Part shown: positions 13,796 to 26,251 of the stretch, one piece after another
Numbering within the stretch: position 1 is the first letter of the stretch
Layout: each line of letters starts with the position of its first letter
Source: Vicugna vicugna
Lineage: Eukaryota
Direction of reading: 5' to 3'
DNA: 64,000 nucleotides
Assembly (NCBI GenBank): GCA_013265495.1
Contig: MU058844.1
Location: 12,050,184 to 12,114,183, forward strand
Notes under the pieces: model-generated
Database searches by the model: none
What the model saw: the letters and a program-made list of their open reading frames with translations, nothing else
What the model was told of the DNA's origin: nothing
Made by a program: the position numbers and the translations under genes

Positions 13796-13935
13796 TGTTG
13801 CTTTTGCAGACAGCTGGCTTGCATCTTTTCTCTGTGCCTTGCCACCAGAGCTCAGCACCCAGAATGGCTCCACACGTGCTACATCAAATTTTATTATTAT
13901 CACAATATAGGAAGGATACAATATAAGTGTGAGAT
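13796..13935 (-). other. Candidate exon of an unidentified minus-strand transcript (140 nt)
   Basis: Minus strand reads 'cattttacgtctaatttcag|ATCTCAC...GCAACA|gtgagt' in non-repetitive DNA. Confidence 0.5.
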
Positions 13936-15766
13936 CTGAAATTAGACGTAAAATGAACTTTCATCTAAATCTACTACCTGAACCCAACACAGACTATCTG
14001 TTGGAAAATAAAAGGTGATTTGTATTAAGCAAGGCTCCCAGAGAGAGCCTTCATTACAAATGCGTCTTTGAAGAGACATGCATTCACTGTACTCAGTCCA
14101 GTTCTTCCAGCCTGGGCCAAGATGTGTTGGGGTCAAGTACAGAATATAGTACACTGAGTTCTTCTTTTAAGAGTGATAGGGGAGGACCAAGTTGGATATG
14201 AAGAATGAAAATTAACATACTCTCTCCAAAATGTTGTTAGCTGACGGCAAAAATTGAACCTCTAGCTTGATGCAGTCAAAGTAATGCAAACCACATACCC
14301 TTCTCCATAATCCATGCTCCTTATCTGAAGAAAGGCTTGAAGTGGGGGGACTCTAAGACCTGACAGGGGGAAGGTGTGACACTTCCCATTGAAATTCATT
14401 CCCCTCTAGACAGATCCACTGAACAGCACAGCAGTTTCACAGAAGAATGAACTTCAGGAAATAACCAAAGATGTTTTCTAGTTTAATCCCGAGCTCAATT
14501 AAATACTCACAGAAATCCTATCATTTTTAAATTGCACCCTTTGCCTTTTTTTTTAGGCCTGCTAAAACAATCTAAAAGTGATACATCTCTAGTATTTCTA
14601 ATTAAAACTAAAACCTATTGATAAAATATACAAACAACCCTCTCTGGAAAGACCTGTCATGTCATTTGTTTTCCTAATTATGAAAACACAGCCTGTGTTC
14701 CAGCCAAGCTCCCTGCTGAATCAGACCATGAAATGAGCATCTTACTTGCAATGTTGGTTTTACATCTGGTTGTTGTCAACCTCACAGGCCCAGCTGCTGA
14801 TCATGAGGTGGATTCGACTGATCAGTTACCGGGCACATAATGACAGTCAGGGGTCAGCTGCGAACATCACAATCAACCAGGGACAAAATGAGAAGCCCGT
14901 TCACAAAATGGCAATTAGATAAGGGGGCATTGAGCTAGTGACCCCAGACCACCTTCGATATCACAACCCGAATCCACATCACTCACGTAAAACAATTAGG
15001 AAGACCAGTCCTTACAGCTGTTACGCAAAACAGCAAACCCAGGACAGAACGGTATAGAAACACCTGGCTTATTGTGAGCCAAACAAATTCTTAGGTGGCA
15101 ATGTGGAGAAGAGAGAATGTATTATTTATTGAACATACATGCTACAAGGGAGAAAGAGGGCAAAATGATGTCTTAAATGAAATAACAAATCAATAAAAAT
15201 TCATTCCTTTCTACCTCAAATAAGAATCTCAGAGGATTGTTCCCTGATTCTGTAATAAAACAGGTATATTGTTCTGTGCTAGTACTGTAATAGCTATGCT
15301 TCCTGCTATTTGGGGGGAAGGCAAGGGATTCATGGCACTTTTAAATAAGATGATTCATGTAATGTTCCAGTTGGCCATGTAAATATTTTACTCATATTTC
15401 AGTTCATACAGCTCCATATTTTAATATTAATTTGTAGTGGACATTAGTCAGATCCTGCCATCCTTTTGCAAATGTCATAATTCTTCAAATATAAAATCCA
15501 ATTTTAAAAAACCTATATTTAAAGATCATGATCATTTCTAATAAAATACGTCTGAGTGCCTGCATACATTAATTTTTTTAAAATAATCTACCATCTTTGG
15601 TTATAAAAAATCACAACCTAGAAGTTTATTTTTGCTAAAGATGCAGACTTTTAGAGATGAACTTTACTATGAAGACAATACTTTGAGGGCCTTTACCCAA
15701 AAATGCATGGGTCCCTTCACAGGAATTTTACTTTTTTTTTTTTTAAGGAATATCAAATGTTTTCAA

Positions 15767-15908
15767 GAGGAGGGTATAGCTCAGTGGTAGAGTGTGTGCT
15801 TAGCATGCACGAGGTCCTGGGTTCAATCCCCAGTACATCTGTAAATGAATGAAAAAAAAAAAAGCCTAATTACTTCCTCCCCCCAAAAAATTAAATAAAT
15901 TTTTTAAA
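15767..15908 (+). mobile_element. tRNA-derived SINE (camelid Vic-1 type)
   Basis: A-box 'tagctcagtgg', B-box 'ggttcaatccc', tail 'cctaattacttcctcc' plus A-rich end; flanking repeat aaatgtttt at 15755 and 15909. Confidence 0.9.
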
Positions 15909-16144
15909 AAATGTTTTAATCTCAGATGACCTTATACGTCACATCAGGTACATCAACAGTTCATTTACCCCAAAAACTAACACCCAAAAGAATGAGCTCC
16001 CTGCACTCACACATGCTTTTTCCTCCTATGTAAACAACTACATTTCCTTTAGATAGCATTCTTAAAAACCTCACACGTTTCTATTATACTCCAGCACATG
16101 CTTTTAATTTACTTCACTTATATTTTTAAAAACCACAAATACAA

Positions 16145-16325
16145 AACTTAAATATTTTCACAAATACTAACTCAGATCATCTTCATAACAACCCTAAAAG
16201 GTAGATGATATTATTATTCCCAGTTTAGCAGATGAGGACATTGAGACACAGAGCCTAGTATTTTTCCAAGGTCACATAGCTATTAAGTGGCACAGTGGAG
16301 ATAAGAATCCAAGAATCTGACTACA
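16145..16325. mobile_element. MIR SINE
   Basis: 'attattcccagtttagcagatgaggacattgagacacagag...ccaaggtcacatagctattaagtggc'. Confidence 0.8.
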
Positions 16326-16864
16326 CAAAAAAACAATTTGGAGACTTCTACCAATCAGGCATAATATTGCTGAGGTGAAACTACTTTACATATTTTTTTC
16401 AAAAATCTTAATTTAGAGCAATAAAATGACTCTAAAATGCACTTGAAGGTTAAATACATATGAATAGTAATTTCAGGAGAAAAGTAATGCTTTTTCCCTA
16501 CCAGTTGCTTCTAAGACACAAGAATTTAATATACAAAGATTCAATTCAAATGAGCACTGAGAAGAAATACCCTATAAGTGGTATACAGGGGCAGCAGGCT
16601 AGAATTCAACCTGGGAAAATAATTTAAGATACATGTGAATGTTTAATAAACATTTTGTTTTAATATATTAAAACACATTAACTACAACTAAAGACATGAC
16701 ATTCCGGTGCTGTGTATTCTAGATTCTGCCAAACCAAAGGAAAAGAAAAATCACACACCTGAAAAAAGTTTTACCACCAAAAACACAGTAAAGATTAGAT
16801 ACTATCAGCTTTATATCCTCAAAACATTTTTTAAAAAATAACCACTGGTTTCATCAACTGTTTG

Positions 16865-17175
16865 GTAGAGATTTCTAGTGCTCACTCATATCTGGGTCTC
16901 CTCTTCTCCCAGGTACATATAGTTTGATGAGCTAAGTGACTGCTTCTGGCCAAGAAGACAGAAAAATTAAATCACAGTGCCGAGACTGAAAATGTGGCAT
17001 ATCCCAGATGGTGCTGGGAAATAACTGTGAGGCTCCAGCAGGTTGAGTGACCGTGTGGATCAGAGCAGACCATCACCTTAATTTGAATATGCAGCATGAG
17101 GAGAAATATACCTCTTTCACTGAGCTAGAGATTTCAGGGTTGGTTACTTATTCCTGTAGCATAGACTATTCCATC
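16865..17175. mobile_element. MaLR LTR fragment (MLT1-like)
   Basis: 'gtgactgcttctggccaa', 'cactgagctagagatttcagggttggttact...tagcatagact'. Confidence 0.5.
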
Positions 17176-18989
17176 CTGCTTAGTACAAATGCTAACATAA
17201 TAAAACAATATTCTAAGGGGGTTGTACAAAGAATGATAGGTCATTTATAAAGCCATGGTAGAATTCAAAAGAACAGTAAGTAATGAACAATGTAAAAATC
17301 AAATCACAAATTATTGGTGAAATTTGACAGTCCTTTCCAAAAATGGAAAGGAAAAAAATACAAAAGTTGACTCCAACAGAGTTAATAATAAAACTAAAGA
17401 AACTGATTTTCAGCACATGAATGGCAGGTATTTGCTGGATGAAGAGACTGAGACAAATAGAACAAATAAAATAATGCAACATAATACTCAAACATTAGAG
17501 CTAAATAATGACCTGCATGATCAGTTGAAAAGACTCAGCACATACAAGCCAAAATTAATAAAAATAGAATAATAGAGCTGAGACGGACTAAAGAATCATT
17601 CCAATAAAGATATACGGAAAGAAAGAGAGAGAAAAATCAGGCCAAGTCACCTGCTCTGAAATAATACATTACAAAAGATAAGAAATAAATAAAAAGGGTA
17701 CCAAGTATGACCTTGGAGCTCAAAATTTTAAACACTGAGTCAACCTGTATCTATAACGCAAATTTGCCTAAAAATGAAAATATTCATACAAGTTGTAGGA
17801 AAGCAAGATTTTTGTTTTTTTCCTCTTACTTATTTTGTCAAAATCTTTAAAGACTATAAACTACAGTGCAATCCCAGGTACTTTATAATAACATGAACAA
17901 AAAAGAAATCGTTTAAGGAAAAAAGATTGCAAAACTTAAGAGAATATAAAAAGATCGAGTGTTTGACTAAATCAGACATGGTTTGCATATAAGAGCTTGT
18001 GTATGTAAGACTGTCAGTTCTGTCAACGTTCAAGCTCAATTAAGAGAACTGAAGAAATTATCACACATTTCATTTTCTTCATATTGTTTTCTTGATGCTA
18101 CACTAACATCTTCTTGCAGCTGCCTAGGAATTTTAAGATCACCATCAGTAAGGAAGAAACACTTGGATGGGACGAGTCTGATTGGTTTGGATTTATTGAT
18201 ACAGACTTGACTATATTTCAGAAAGCTCTACCTGTTGCAGTAATGAGAAAATAATTACTGTGCAAAAACTCTTAACAACAAATAATCTCACTTATTGGGG
18301 CTCTGCGTACAGCTGACACATAACAAAAATTACAAATGTAGTAATTTCCTGGTAGTTTCTTTATATATTAATGATGAGAATAAGAATAATTTCCCTCACA
18401 TCTAACCTTCTAGGTCTGGAGTATGCGTTTGAGCTTTACATAATGTTTATCCTTTCCAGCATCCATATTTACATTTTATGTTACAGACATTTTAATTGGT
18501 CAAAAAAAGATACCTTAATAAGATACAGAAGGAATAGAAGCTAAGGAACTTCCAAGCACTTAATAATAAAGATAATGAGGATGAGTCAAAAACAAAGAGA
18601 CATGAAAATATAAGTAAAGCCTTTACATAATTCAAAACTCGTGTAGCTATATGGTTAATATATGTTTAAATGCCAAATTAAAAAGTTAAAAAAATTTTAA
18701 TGGCAAAAATCAAGAGGGCTTCAAGGAAAAGTTGAAAAGATGTGCACAAATGTATGTTTATATTTAAATATATTAGTAGTATTGACATAAAACTTAAAAT
18801 GTGAAACTTAAGAACAAAAGAGTTGATCACATCGTATGTAGCATTTTGCTAGGCTCAAGCACGTTTAGTTTCATGTCCTAGAGAGACTGTTGGGTTGCAA
18901 AGGGCGTATAAGCATCACTCAGTTTATGGCCATCACAGTAACTGGCACCACCAGCTGGACAGTTTTCCAGGTCAGACACTGATGTAGTA

Positions 18990-20145
18990 ATCCTTCAAGT
19001 CCCTTTCTTCTTAAACGACTGCATTCACTTGAACACAAGACCCCACTGAGTCAACCTCTTAACTTCCTCTGTTGCCTCAACCTGACCTTCAGTCTCCATT
19101 TCTCACTTGGATCACTAAGAACTTCCCAAACTGTTTACCTTACCCTTCTGAAATCCACTACTCACACAGAGAGTCATCCCTTGAAAGAACAGATTCCATA
19201 ACTGCAGTTCCTTTTGTAAATGGCATTCACTGGCTCCCTATTTGCTCCAAGATGAGGTTCCTGCTCTGCAGTGTAACTTACCAAGGCCCTTAAGAACCTG
19301 GCACCAGGTATCTCTCCACCCACATCACTGACTACTCTGCACCCTACCTAGCCCTAGCCCCCTCTGCTCCAAACACTGAAGTGATAAATGCCAGGTTCCC
19401 GCAACCAAACCATGCCATTCCTTGTCTTTTCTGGAACCTCTCTTTCCTACCTGTTTAACCTAATTTCTTCTCAAAGATCAAGTTTAAATATGACTTCCTC
19501 CAGGTGCCTGATGCCGCCCTCTCAACCCAGGTTAGAGGTCCCTCCTAATCCAGCCCCCATGGCACCTGGTGCCTCTTCCTGCCACAGCGCTTACCCCACT
19601 ACACTTGGTATGGACTGAATGTTTGTGTCCCCAGCCCCCAAATCCATATTTTGAAGCCCTGACTTCCAATGTGGTTGGTATTAGGAGGTGGGGCCTTTGG
19701 CAGATAATTAGGTTTAGATGAGGTCGTGCAGGTAGAGTCCCCACTATGGAATTAATGCCCTTATAAACAGATGAAAAGCCTAGAGATTTCTACCCGTCTC
19801 TCTCTCTCCCCACCATCTCCATGCACCAAGGAAAGGCAATGCATGTATGTAAAGGACGTAATGAGGAAGAGGATTTTCACCAAGAACCTGATCATGCTGA
19901 CAACCTGATTATAGACTTCCAGCCTCCAGAACAATCAGCTATTTAAGCTACCTTGTCTATAATATTTATTACAGCACCTTGAACCAAGACAATATGGTAC
20001 TCACCTGCGTACATGTCTGAATCCATAGGTGAAATTACACTCCATGGACACAGAGACTTACCTGTCAAGGCTCAGTACTATACTCTTAGCACTGACATGG
20101 TCTCTAACATAGCAGTATATAATTAATAATAAGACTTATTGAAAA
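18990..20145 (+). mobile_element. L2 3' fragment interrupted by an MLT1A LTR
   Basis: 'ttctcacttggatcacta', 'tggctccctattt', 'tcaaagatcaagtttaaatatgacttcctc' and an L2-like terminus near 20100-20145. Confidence 0.65.
19606..19991. mobile_element. MLT1A-type MaLR solo LTR
   Basis: 'tggtatggactgaatgtttgtgtccc...gtattaggaggtggggcctttgg...gacttccagcctccagaac...gaaccaagaca'. Confidence 0.85.
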
Positions 20146-20989
20146 CAGCAAGCTGATGTGACATAAATGTGATACATTAGTTAAATTTCCTAATAGAACT
20201 TTCATTAAATAATAATATAAAAACTTGCTCTCTGGTGCTTTCTTACATATTAAAAACACTTTAAAGTTTGGAGTTCACCCAGTGTTATCCTAAAATAAGA
20301 TTACTGAGCATAATGTTTGGAATAAATAAGAAAAATGGTAACAGAAAGGGTTTATAGAAGAGTGATAACTATTTGCATAATTTCAATCAAAAATTAAATT
20401 CAAGATAGTTCCTCATTTTCTTCATCAAGGCATCATAGGAGTTCAACTTCCACCACATTTATTCCACCTTTGCCCATTGAGTGATAGTCAAGAAGATCAT
20501 AAACTTGACTTCAGTTCCAAGGATAAGAATTAGTCCACGTCAATCACGGCGATTCTATTTCCTCTGTCAGCGATTATTTTAGAGATGGACCTGTGACCCA
20601 ATTCTGGCCAGCAAGCTGGGAAGCTTCAGGGCAGGTTAAGAGAGTCATAGAAGTGACTGCTGAATATGGACGAGGAACGTGCAGTTCCAAAGGCCACTGT
20701 GAGCATCGAGCTTTCGCGTGAGAAGTGAGAACAGTGACTTGTCTCAGGAGAAGTGAGCTCAGGAACCAAGAAGGTCAGAACTGAGTCCTAACTGGACTGA
20801 CCTGGAACCCGCTTCATCACTGGATTTCCTCCTAGAGGAGGCAGTAAAATTGCTTATTAACACAGCGTGTGGTTGTTCGTTGTTGTTGTTGTTGTTACCT
20901 ATAGCCTTTCTGATAGTCGCTTAGTCTCCCTGGTCCACAGTGTCCTCACCTGTTAAACAAGTCCTTGAACTGGACGAGCTCTAAGTTGC

Positions 20990-21160
20990 TATTTTCTCAG
21001 TGTGGTCCAATAAACTGCATGTACCAGAATTACCTGGGACACACTTTAAAAACACAAACTTAGTAGGCCTCCTGTCAGACTTACTAAACCAGACTCTTCA
21101 GAGATGGGTAAGAACCTCCATTTTAAACCAGCATCCCCAGGTATACAAGAAAATTTGAGA
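20990..21160. mobile_element. MER5A-like hAT MITE
   Basis: 'ttctcagtgtggtcc...ccagaattacctggg...gacttactaaaccagactct...ttttaaaccagcatcccca'. Confidence 0.65.
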
Positions 21161-21530
21161 TTTGACCGGATCCATACTGAGATGTCTAAGCACTTTTAAC
21201 AGTCCTAGGAGCTTCTGACTTCTGCAGCAAAATCATGTCTCTTAAAAAGCTTACTAAGGATGTATGAACACACATGCAAAAGCAATTGACATTTTAAAGA
21301 AATGATAAACAGAGTAATTCTGATGAAGCAACAATCAAGCTTACAAAAGCACCTTGTGAAATTATGGTTACGAGGTTGTCAACTTGAAAATGTGAAACTG
21401 GCACTCTCATTTTGCCTAACAGCTATGACAAGAGAGCACTTTATCCTTGTCACTATTTTTCCTTGTCACTATCAGGATGGACATCAGACTACGGTTACTC
21501 TGGCACTAAAAGCAAAATAGGAAGACTCAC

Positions 21531-21641
21531 CATACCTAACTCTGTTTTGTGCTTTTCACGTCTTCTTAAATAAACAAACATAATATGCTTATAGAAAAGA
21601 TGCATCAAGTCCTTAGTATGTACTGAAATTCTGCTGTGTGT
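21531..21641 (-). other. Candidate non-coding exon (111 nt; alternative donor gives 106 nt)
   Basis: Acceptor 'ttgcttttctgtatcaccttatacttcag|'; tandem donors 'TAG|gtatg' and 'ATG|gtgagt'. Confidence 0.45.
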
Positions 21642-21766
21642 CTGAAGTATAAGGTGATACAGAAAAGCAAATTGAGAGTGGCATATCAGTGGAACTTTTT
21701 ATTTTAACACGACTTTTTTTTATGGCTATCATCATTTCTTTCATACAATTAAAAAGCAAGACCTAC

Positions 21767-21871
21767 ACACTGAGGACTGGTCTTCGACTAAGCTGCGGTT
21801 CCTGATCTGCAGTATTCATACTCGCCTCCTTTTCAGCAGGTTACGTAATATAATCAAGGCTAGTGTCATCT
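21767..21871 (-). other. Candidate 5'-UTR or non-coding exon (about 105 nt)
   Basis: Strong acceptor 'ttttggttttcttttcacgtctctctgtccttctctcattgccag|', donor 'TGT|gtaggt'; several retained CpGs; stops in all three frames. Confidence 0.6.
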
Positions 21872-22766
21872 CTGGCAATGAGAGAAGGACAGAGAGACGT
21901 GAAAAGAAAACCAAAAACCCTAACAGTCTCATTTTGTATGTAACATGTGGGAAAAGTTACTTGCTGTCAAACCCAGCATTTGAAGATCCTTGGAAGTTTC
22001 ATCCTTATTTCCCATTCTCCCTCCTAGCTATCCCAACATACAAAAAACAAACAAGCAAACAAAACAGAAGAAAAGAGTTGGAAACAAACGCTCACTGTAT
22101 TATACTAGAAAGTCATAACCATTTTTTTTAATACTCTCAAAATGTCAGACTCAGCAGATTTAATGTGCTTTTTGATTTAACACTATGATTGAACTCTACT
22201 GAACTTTTTGGAACCTGCTTAGACAATCCCTATGAGACACAAGAAGAGAATTCACCTACATATTTTTTTGAGAAAAACAAAATTGAGTTCCATGGTATGT
22301 TCTAGAGAAAAGCTTATGACATGCATTATTAGCCAAAATAAACTATTTTTAAATTTCACAACCCATGCAATTTTTTACTCTATGGAATTTATTCATGAGA
22401 ATGTCTATATTCATAAAACTGTGATAGTGCCTGGGTTTCTGAATAAAAGCAGGTTCCTTGGTCCTTCTGTTGACCATTATTCAGTTTTTCTTCAGAAACT
22501 TTCAAAGCACAGAAGAAACAGGATTCCCTTCAAGCATAATTTATTGGCACTTAAAGTAAAAACGTACATAACAGGACTATCACTTGAGTAATTCAGACAT
22601 TTGTTTAAGAAACACCTTTCAAATTGAATTTTATATGTAACTTGACCTCAACAACTGTCTACCCCAATTGGTGTAGTAGACACTCGAAGCTTGTGATGGA
22701 CTGATTCTAGTATCTCATAAAAGCTGTAGAAAGTCTATCCAATTTCAATAGTTTATTCATACCACT

Positions 22767-23292
22767 ATTGGGAGAATATGTTTCATGAATATTTTCACAT
22801 TTCTGCATGGTCAGGACGTTCTGAGTAAAAAATTACTGGCAACCTGAGTTAAAAGATGATTGAATGGTAACCATACTTTGGAAGTTAGAAAGAGTAAATT
22901 TTTCCAAAGAGATTTAAGAGCTTATCTCCCTCAGAAGCATTTGCTTACATTTTTAGGGTAATAAAAATCTCGGAACCCTTCCTTCCCCTCCCCAGACAGG
23001 ATTTATGTCTCCATGATGGAAGAGGGGAAAACATGCCTGCTGCCTTATAGAAGCTCTGAGTTTCATAATCTGGGGCTTTTCCTCCTTTGGTGCAGTCCCT
23101 GCATGCACAGATGTGTTGGTCCGTACTGCACTGTCCGATGGGGAAGTGGAGCATGGGGAATTCGTGCTGCTAAGATGCTTAGTGAGTAAATAGTCTGTTC
23201 TCTGATCCAGAGGTCTCATGCTTTTTAGTGTTTATACACACACATTACAATGGCAGGTGAGCTTTCTGCTTAAAACAAAAACAAGCTTCTTG
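22767..23292 (+). mobile_element. ERVL-class solo LTR (MER68/MER77-like)
   Basis: Starts 'tattgggagaatatg...tttctgca'; later 'gtgagtaaatagtctgttctctgatccagaggtctcatg'. Confidence 0.7.
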
Positions 23293-23295
23293 TAC

Positions 23296-24083
23296 TTTTT
23301 AAATTGAATAATAGTTTCTGTACAATATTATATGTTATAGGTGTACAATATAGTGATTTATAATTTTTAAAATTCATATTCCATTTATAGTTATTATAAA
23401 ACACTGGCTATATTCCCCATTTGTACAATACATCCTGGTAGCTAATTTTATACATAATAGTTTGTACCTCTTAATCACCTACCCCTATATTGCCCCTCTT
23501 CCCTTCCCTCTCTCCACAGGTAACCACTAGTTTGTTCCCTATATCCATGAATCTGCTTCTTTTTTGTTATATCCACTAGTTTGTTTTCTTTTTTAGATTC
23601 CACATTTAAGTGATATCATACACTGTCTTTCTCTGACTTGGAAAATAATACCCTCCAAGTCCATCCATGTTGTTGCAAATGTCAAAATTTCATCCCTTTT
23701 TATGGCTGAGTAGTATTCCATTGTATTTGTTTGTGTGTGTGTGTGTGTGTGTATATTACATACACACACCACATGTTCTTTATCCATTCATCTGTTGATG
23801 GAAACAGCTTATTTTCATATCTTGACAATTATAAATAATGCTGCTGTGAACACTGGGGTGCATGTATCTTTCCAAATTAGTGCTTTCTTTTTTCTTTTTG
23901 CAGATATATACCCAGGAGTGGAATTGCTGGGTTCCATTTTTAGTTTTTTGAGGAATCTCCACATTGTTTTCCACAGTGGCTCCGCAATTCACATTCCCAA
24001 TTACACTGCATGAAGATTCCCTTTTCTCCACTTCCTTGCCAGAACTTGTTATTTGTGTTCTTTTTAATGATAGACATTTTGAC
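23296..24083 (-). mobile_element. 5'-truncated artiodactyl-type L1 3' end with internal (TG)n
   Basis: Reverse-complement match to the 12290-12996 and 27700-28400 copies, e.g. 'ggtaaccactagtttgttc', 'cccaggagtggaattgctgg'. Confidence 0.93.
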
Positions 24084-24329
24084 TCCGTGGGGAGTGGGGA
24101 TGGGTTCCAGGAACACGGAGGGAAATCACAGGCAAAGAGGAAGATCCTTCAATGTCAGATTCAACAACTTCCTACCAATGCTTTGCATTTAGACTCGTGA
24201 TTTTTCCACCTGCCCTATTGTGGTAACCTACCTCGTCAGAGGCTTCCTCCACACTGTTTCTGGAATATCACCCTTAAACACATCTCACATTGATCTGCAT
24301 CTCCCGTCTTTAAAAACTGTCATAGAAGG

Positions 24330-24545
24330 CAGTGAAATACTACATTACGAGCAGAAGCTTTGGAATCTGAGTCTGTGTAGCTCCAAATCCAGCTGTGAAG
24401 GTCATGTGCTATATGATTTTGGTTAAGTTACTTAGCCTCTTAAGTTTCCTTGTCTACCAAAGAGGAATAAAAATATACATGCAAATAACAAACAATTCAA
24501 TGTCCACGATTAGCCCTCAATAAATAATGGCTATTACAATCACTG
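24330..24545. mobile_element. MIR SINE
   Basis: 'gctttggaatctgag...ggttaagttacttagcctcttaagtttccttgtcta'. Confidence 0.65.
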
Positions 24546-25196
24546 TTAACACAGCTCCTCAATACACTGTATGAATGACATAAAAATTCCCATTGGAGAG
24601 CATTATAATCCTGCTCCAAACATTCTCATTTCAGCAACTCATCACCCTCAAGGCATGCTCTTCTTTCACAGCTCCAGGGCTTTACCACTGCTCTTTCTCC
24701 GGCCTACAGGCATTTCTCTTTCCCCACCAAGGAAGTGACTGCTCATTCTTTGCCCGGTTCTTCCTTTGTCTGCATTTGGCATTCAGTGGCTCCATCCTCT
24801 GGGCTCCAGCCCCACATCTCTACCTAAGTTCTCTGTGCGCTGACTGTAATCACCACTATTTACTTAGGCATCTGTCTCCCAAGCTAGATGGTGTGTTATC
24901 CAAAACAGAATCAGTGTGGACTTTTTCATGTCTATCCATATCTACTATTTTAAAAATAAGGACACTATTTACTGATCAGATATTGATAACAGAAAATATT
25001 CCTAGAGAAATAAACTGCATAGCTACTTTTACTTTTTGGCCACTATTATATGACGTAAAATTTGTCTAGCTCAAAATTTGCACACCTAAAATTTTCATAA
25101 CAAAGATTTGATTCAGGTATCATTTTTATTGTTTACCTGTAAAATATCTAATTCTATCCCAGTTTATAGAGAAAATTTCCCTAGCATACCTCTTTT

Positions 25197-25334
25197 ATTT
25201 TTTTAAGTTTATTTATTTGGGGAGAGGTAATTAGGTTTATTTATTTATTTAAGGGGGAGGTACAAGGGATTGAACCTAGGACCTCACACATGCCAAACAT
25301 GCACTCTACCACTTGACCTAAACCCACCCCCCTC
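25197..25334 (-). mobile_element. tRNA-derived SINE (Vic-1 type)
   Basis: Reverse complement of the Vic-1 body, 'gggattgaacctaggacctcacacatg...ctctaccact'; 14-bp flanking duplication agcatacc(t/c)ctttt at 25183-25196 and 25335-25348. Confidence 0.88.
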
Positions 25335-25409
25335 AGCATACCCCTTTTAGAAAAAAGACAGTCTAAATATCATGTCACACCATTTCAGTGTGGCTATATG
25401 TATTATTTT

Positions 25410-25915
25410 TAGAACTTCTTTTACTGTGATAAGAAATAACATTTATCATCTTAATCTAAGTGTACAGTACAGGATTGTTAACATATTATTGTGCAACAGA
25501 TATCTAGAACTTTTTCATCTTGCAAAACTGAAACTCTACACCCATTGAACAACCTCCCATTTCTCCCTCTCCCTAAGTCCCTGGTAACCACCTACTTTGT
25601 ATTTCTATGAGTTTGACTGCTTTGGATATCTTGTCTAAGTAGAATCATACATTATTTGTCCTTCTGTGACTGAATTACTTAATTTAGTCCTCCCTCCAGA
25701 TTCATTCATGGTTTAGCATGTGAAAGAACTTCTGTCATTTTAAGGCTGAATAATATTCCATTATATGCATATACCACATTTTATTTATCAGTTCATCCAC
25801 TGATGGACATTTAGATTCCTTCCACCTTTTGGTTACCTTAAATAATGCTGCAATGAACATGGATGTGCAAATATCTCTTTGAGATCCTGTTTTTAATTCC
25901 TTTGGATATCCAATA
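25410..25915 (-). mobile_element. L1MA/MB-type 3' UTR fragment
   Basis: 'catcttgcaaaactgaaactctacacccattgaacaac', 'ttttaaggctgaataatattccatt'. Confidence 0.85.
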
Positions 25916-26251
25916 AATCTTGAGTGTATAAATGCCAATTTAGTAATGTTATGTTAAGTAATCAGAAATTTTACAAGATCCATTTTTTAGCTGAAAATAT
26001 ACAAATTTTTGGAACAGATATGTACTGAATCATGGAATAGCAACATTTCTCTTTATATCATGTAGTAAATAGGAAAAGGATGGCATGTTGTGATCAATAA
26101 TCTAATTTCTAGATAAAGCAAATACAAAGACAAGACTATACCAGCCTCTTCTTTTATTTTTATATTGGATGTTACTGAAAATAAATTTTATGGAAAATAG
26201 CTACTTGGACTAGAAACATTTTGTGGCTTATACTAAATACAAGACTAAACC

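Noticed and set aside
15767..15840. Apparent tRNA gene (also at 25260, 31475 and 53415)
   Set aside because: Each has a SINE tail, an A-rich end and a target duplication, with mismatched stems; these are SINEs
18039..18231. Stop-free minus-strand stretch of about 63 codons after 'ctgcaacag'
   Set aside because: An in-frame stop sits at its start, there is no convincing donor, and I recognise no homolog
19999..20066. Two perfect minus-strand donors (CAG|gtgagt and CAG|gtaagt)
   Set aside because: They lie within L2 sequence with no good acceptor nearby
13796..21871. Naming the host gene (SIPA1L1 and SGMS1 considered from exon sizes)
   Set aside because: The UTR sequences I remember for those genes did not match; a database search is needed
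22232..22591. 119-aa ATG-initiated ORF
   Set aside because: AT-rich codon use, no recognisable protein, and it is antisense to the inferred gene
24593..25069. Longest ORF in the track (158 aa)
   Set aside because: Non-ATG start, overlaps L2-like decayed sequence, and shows no recognisable domain
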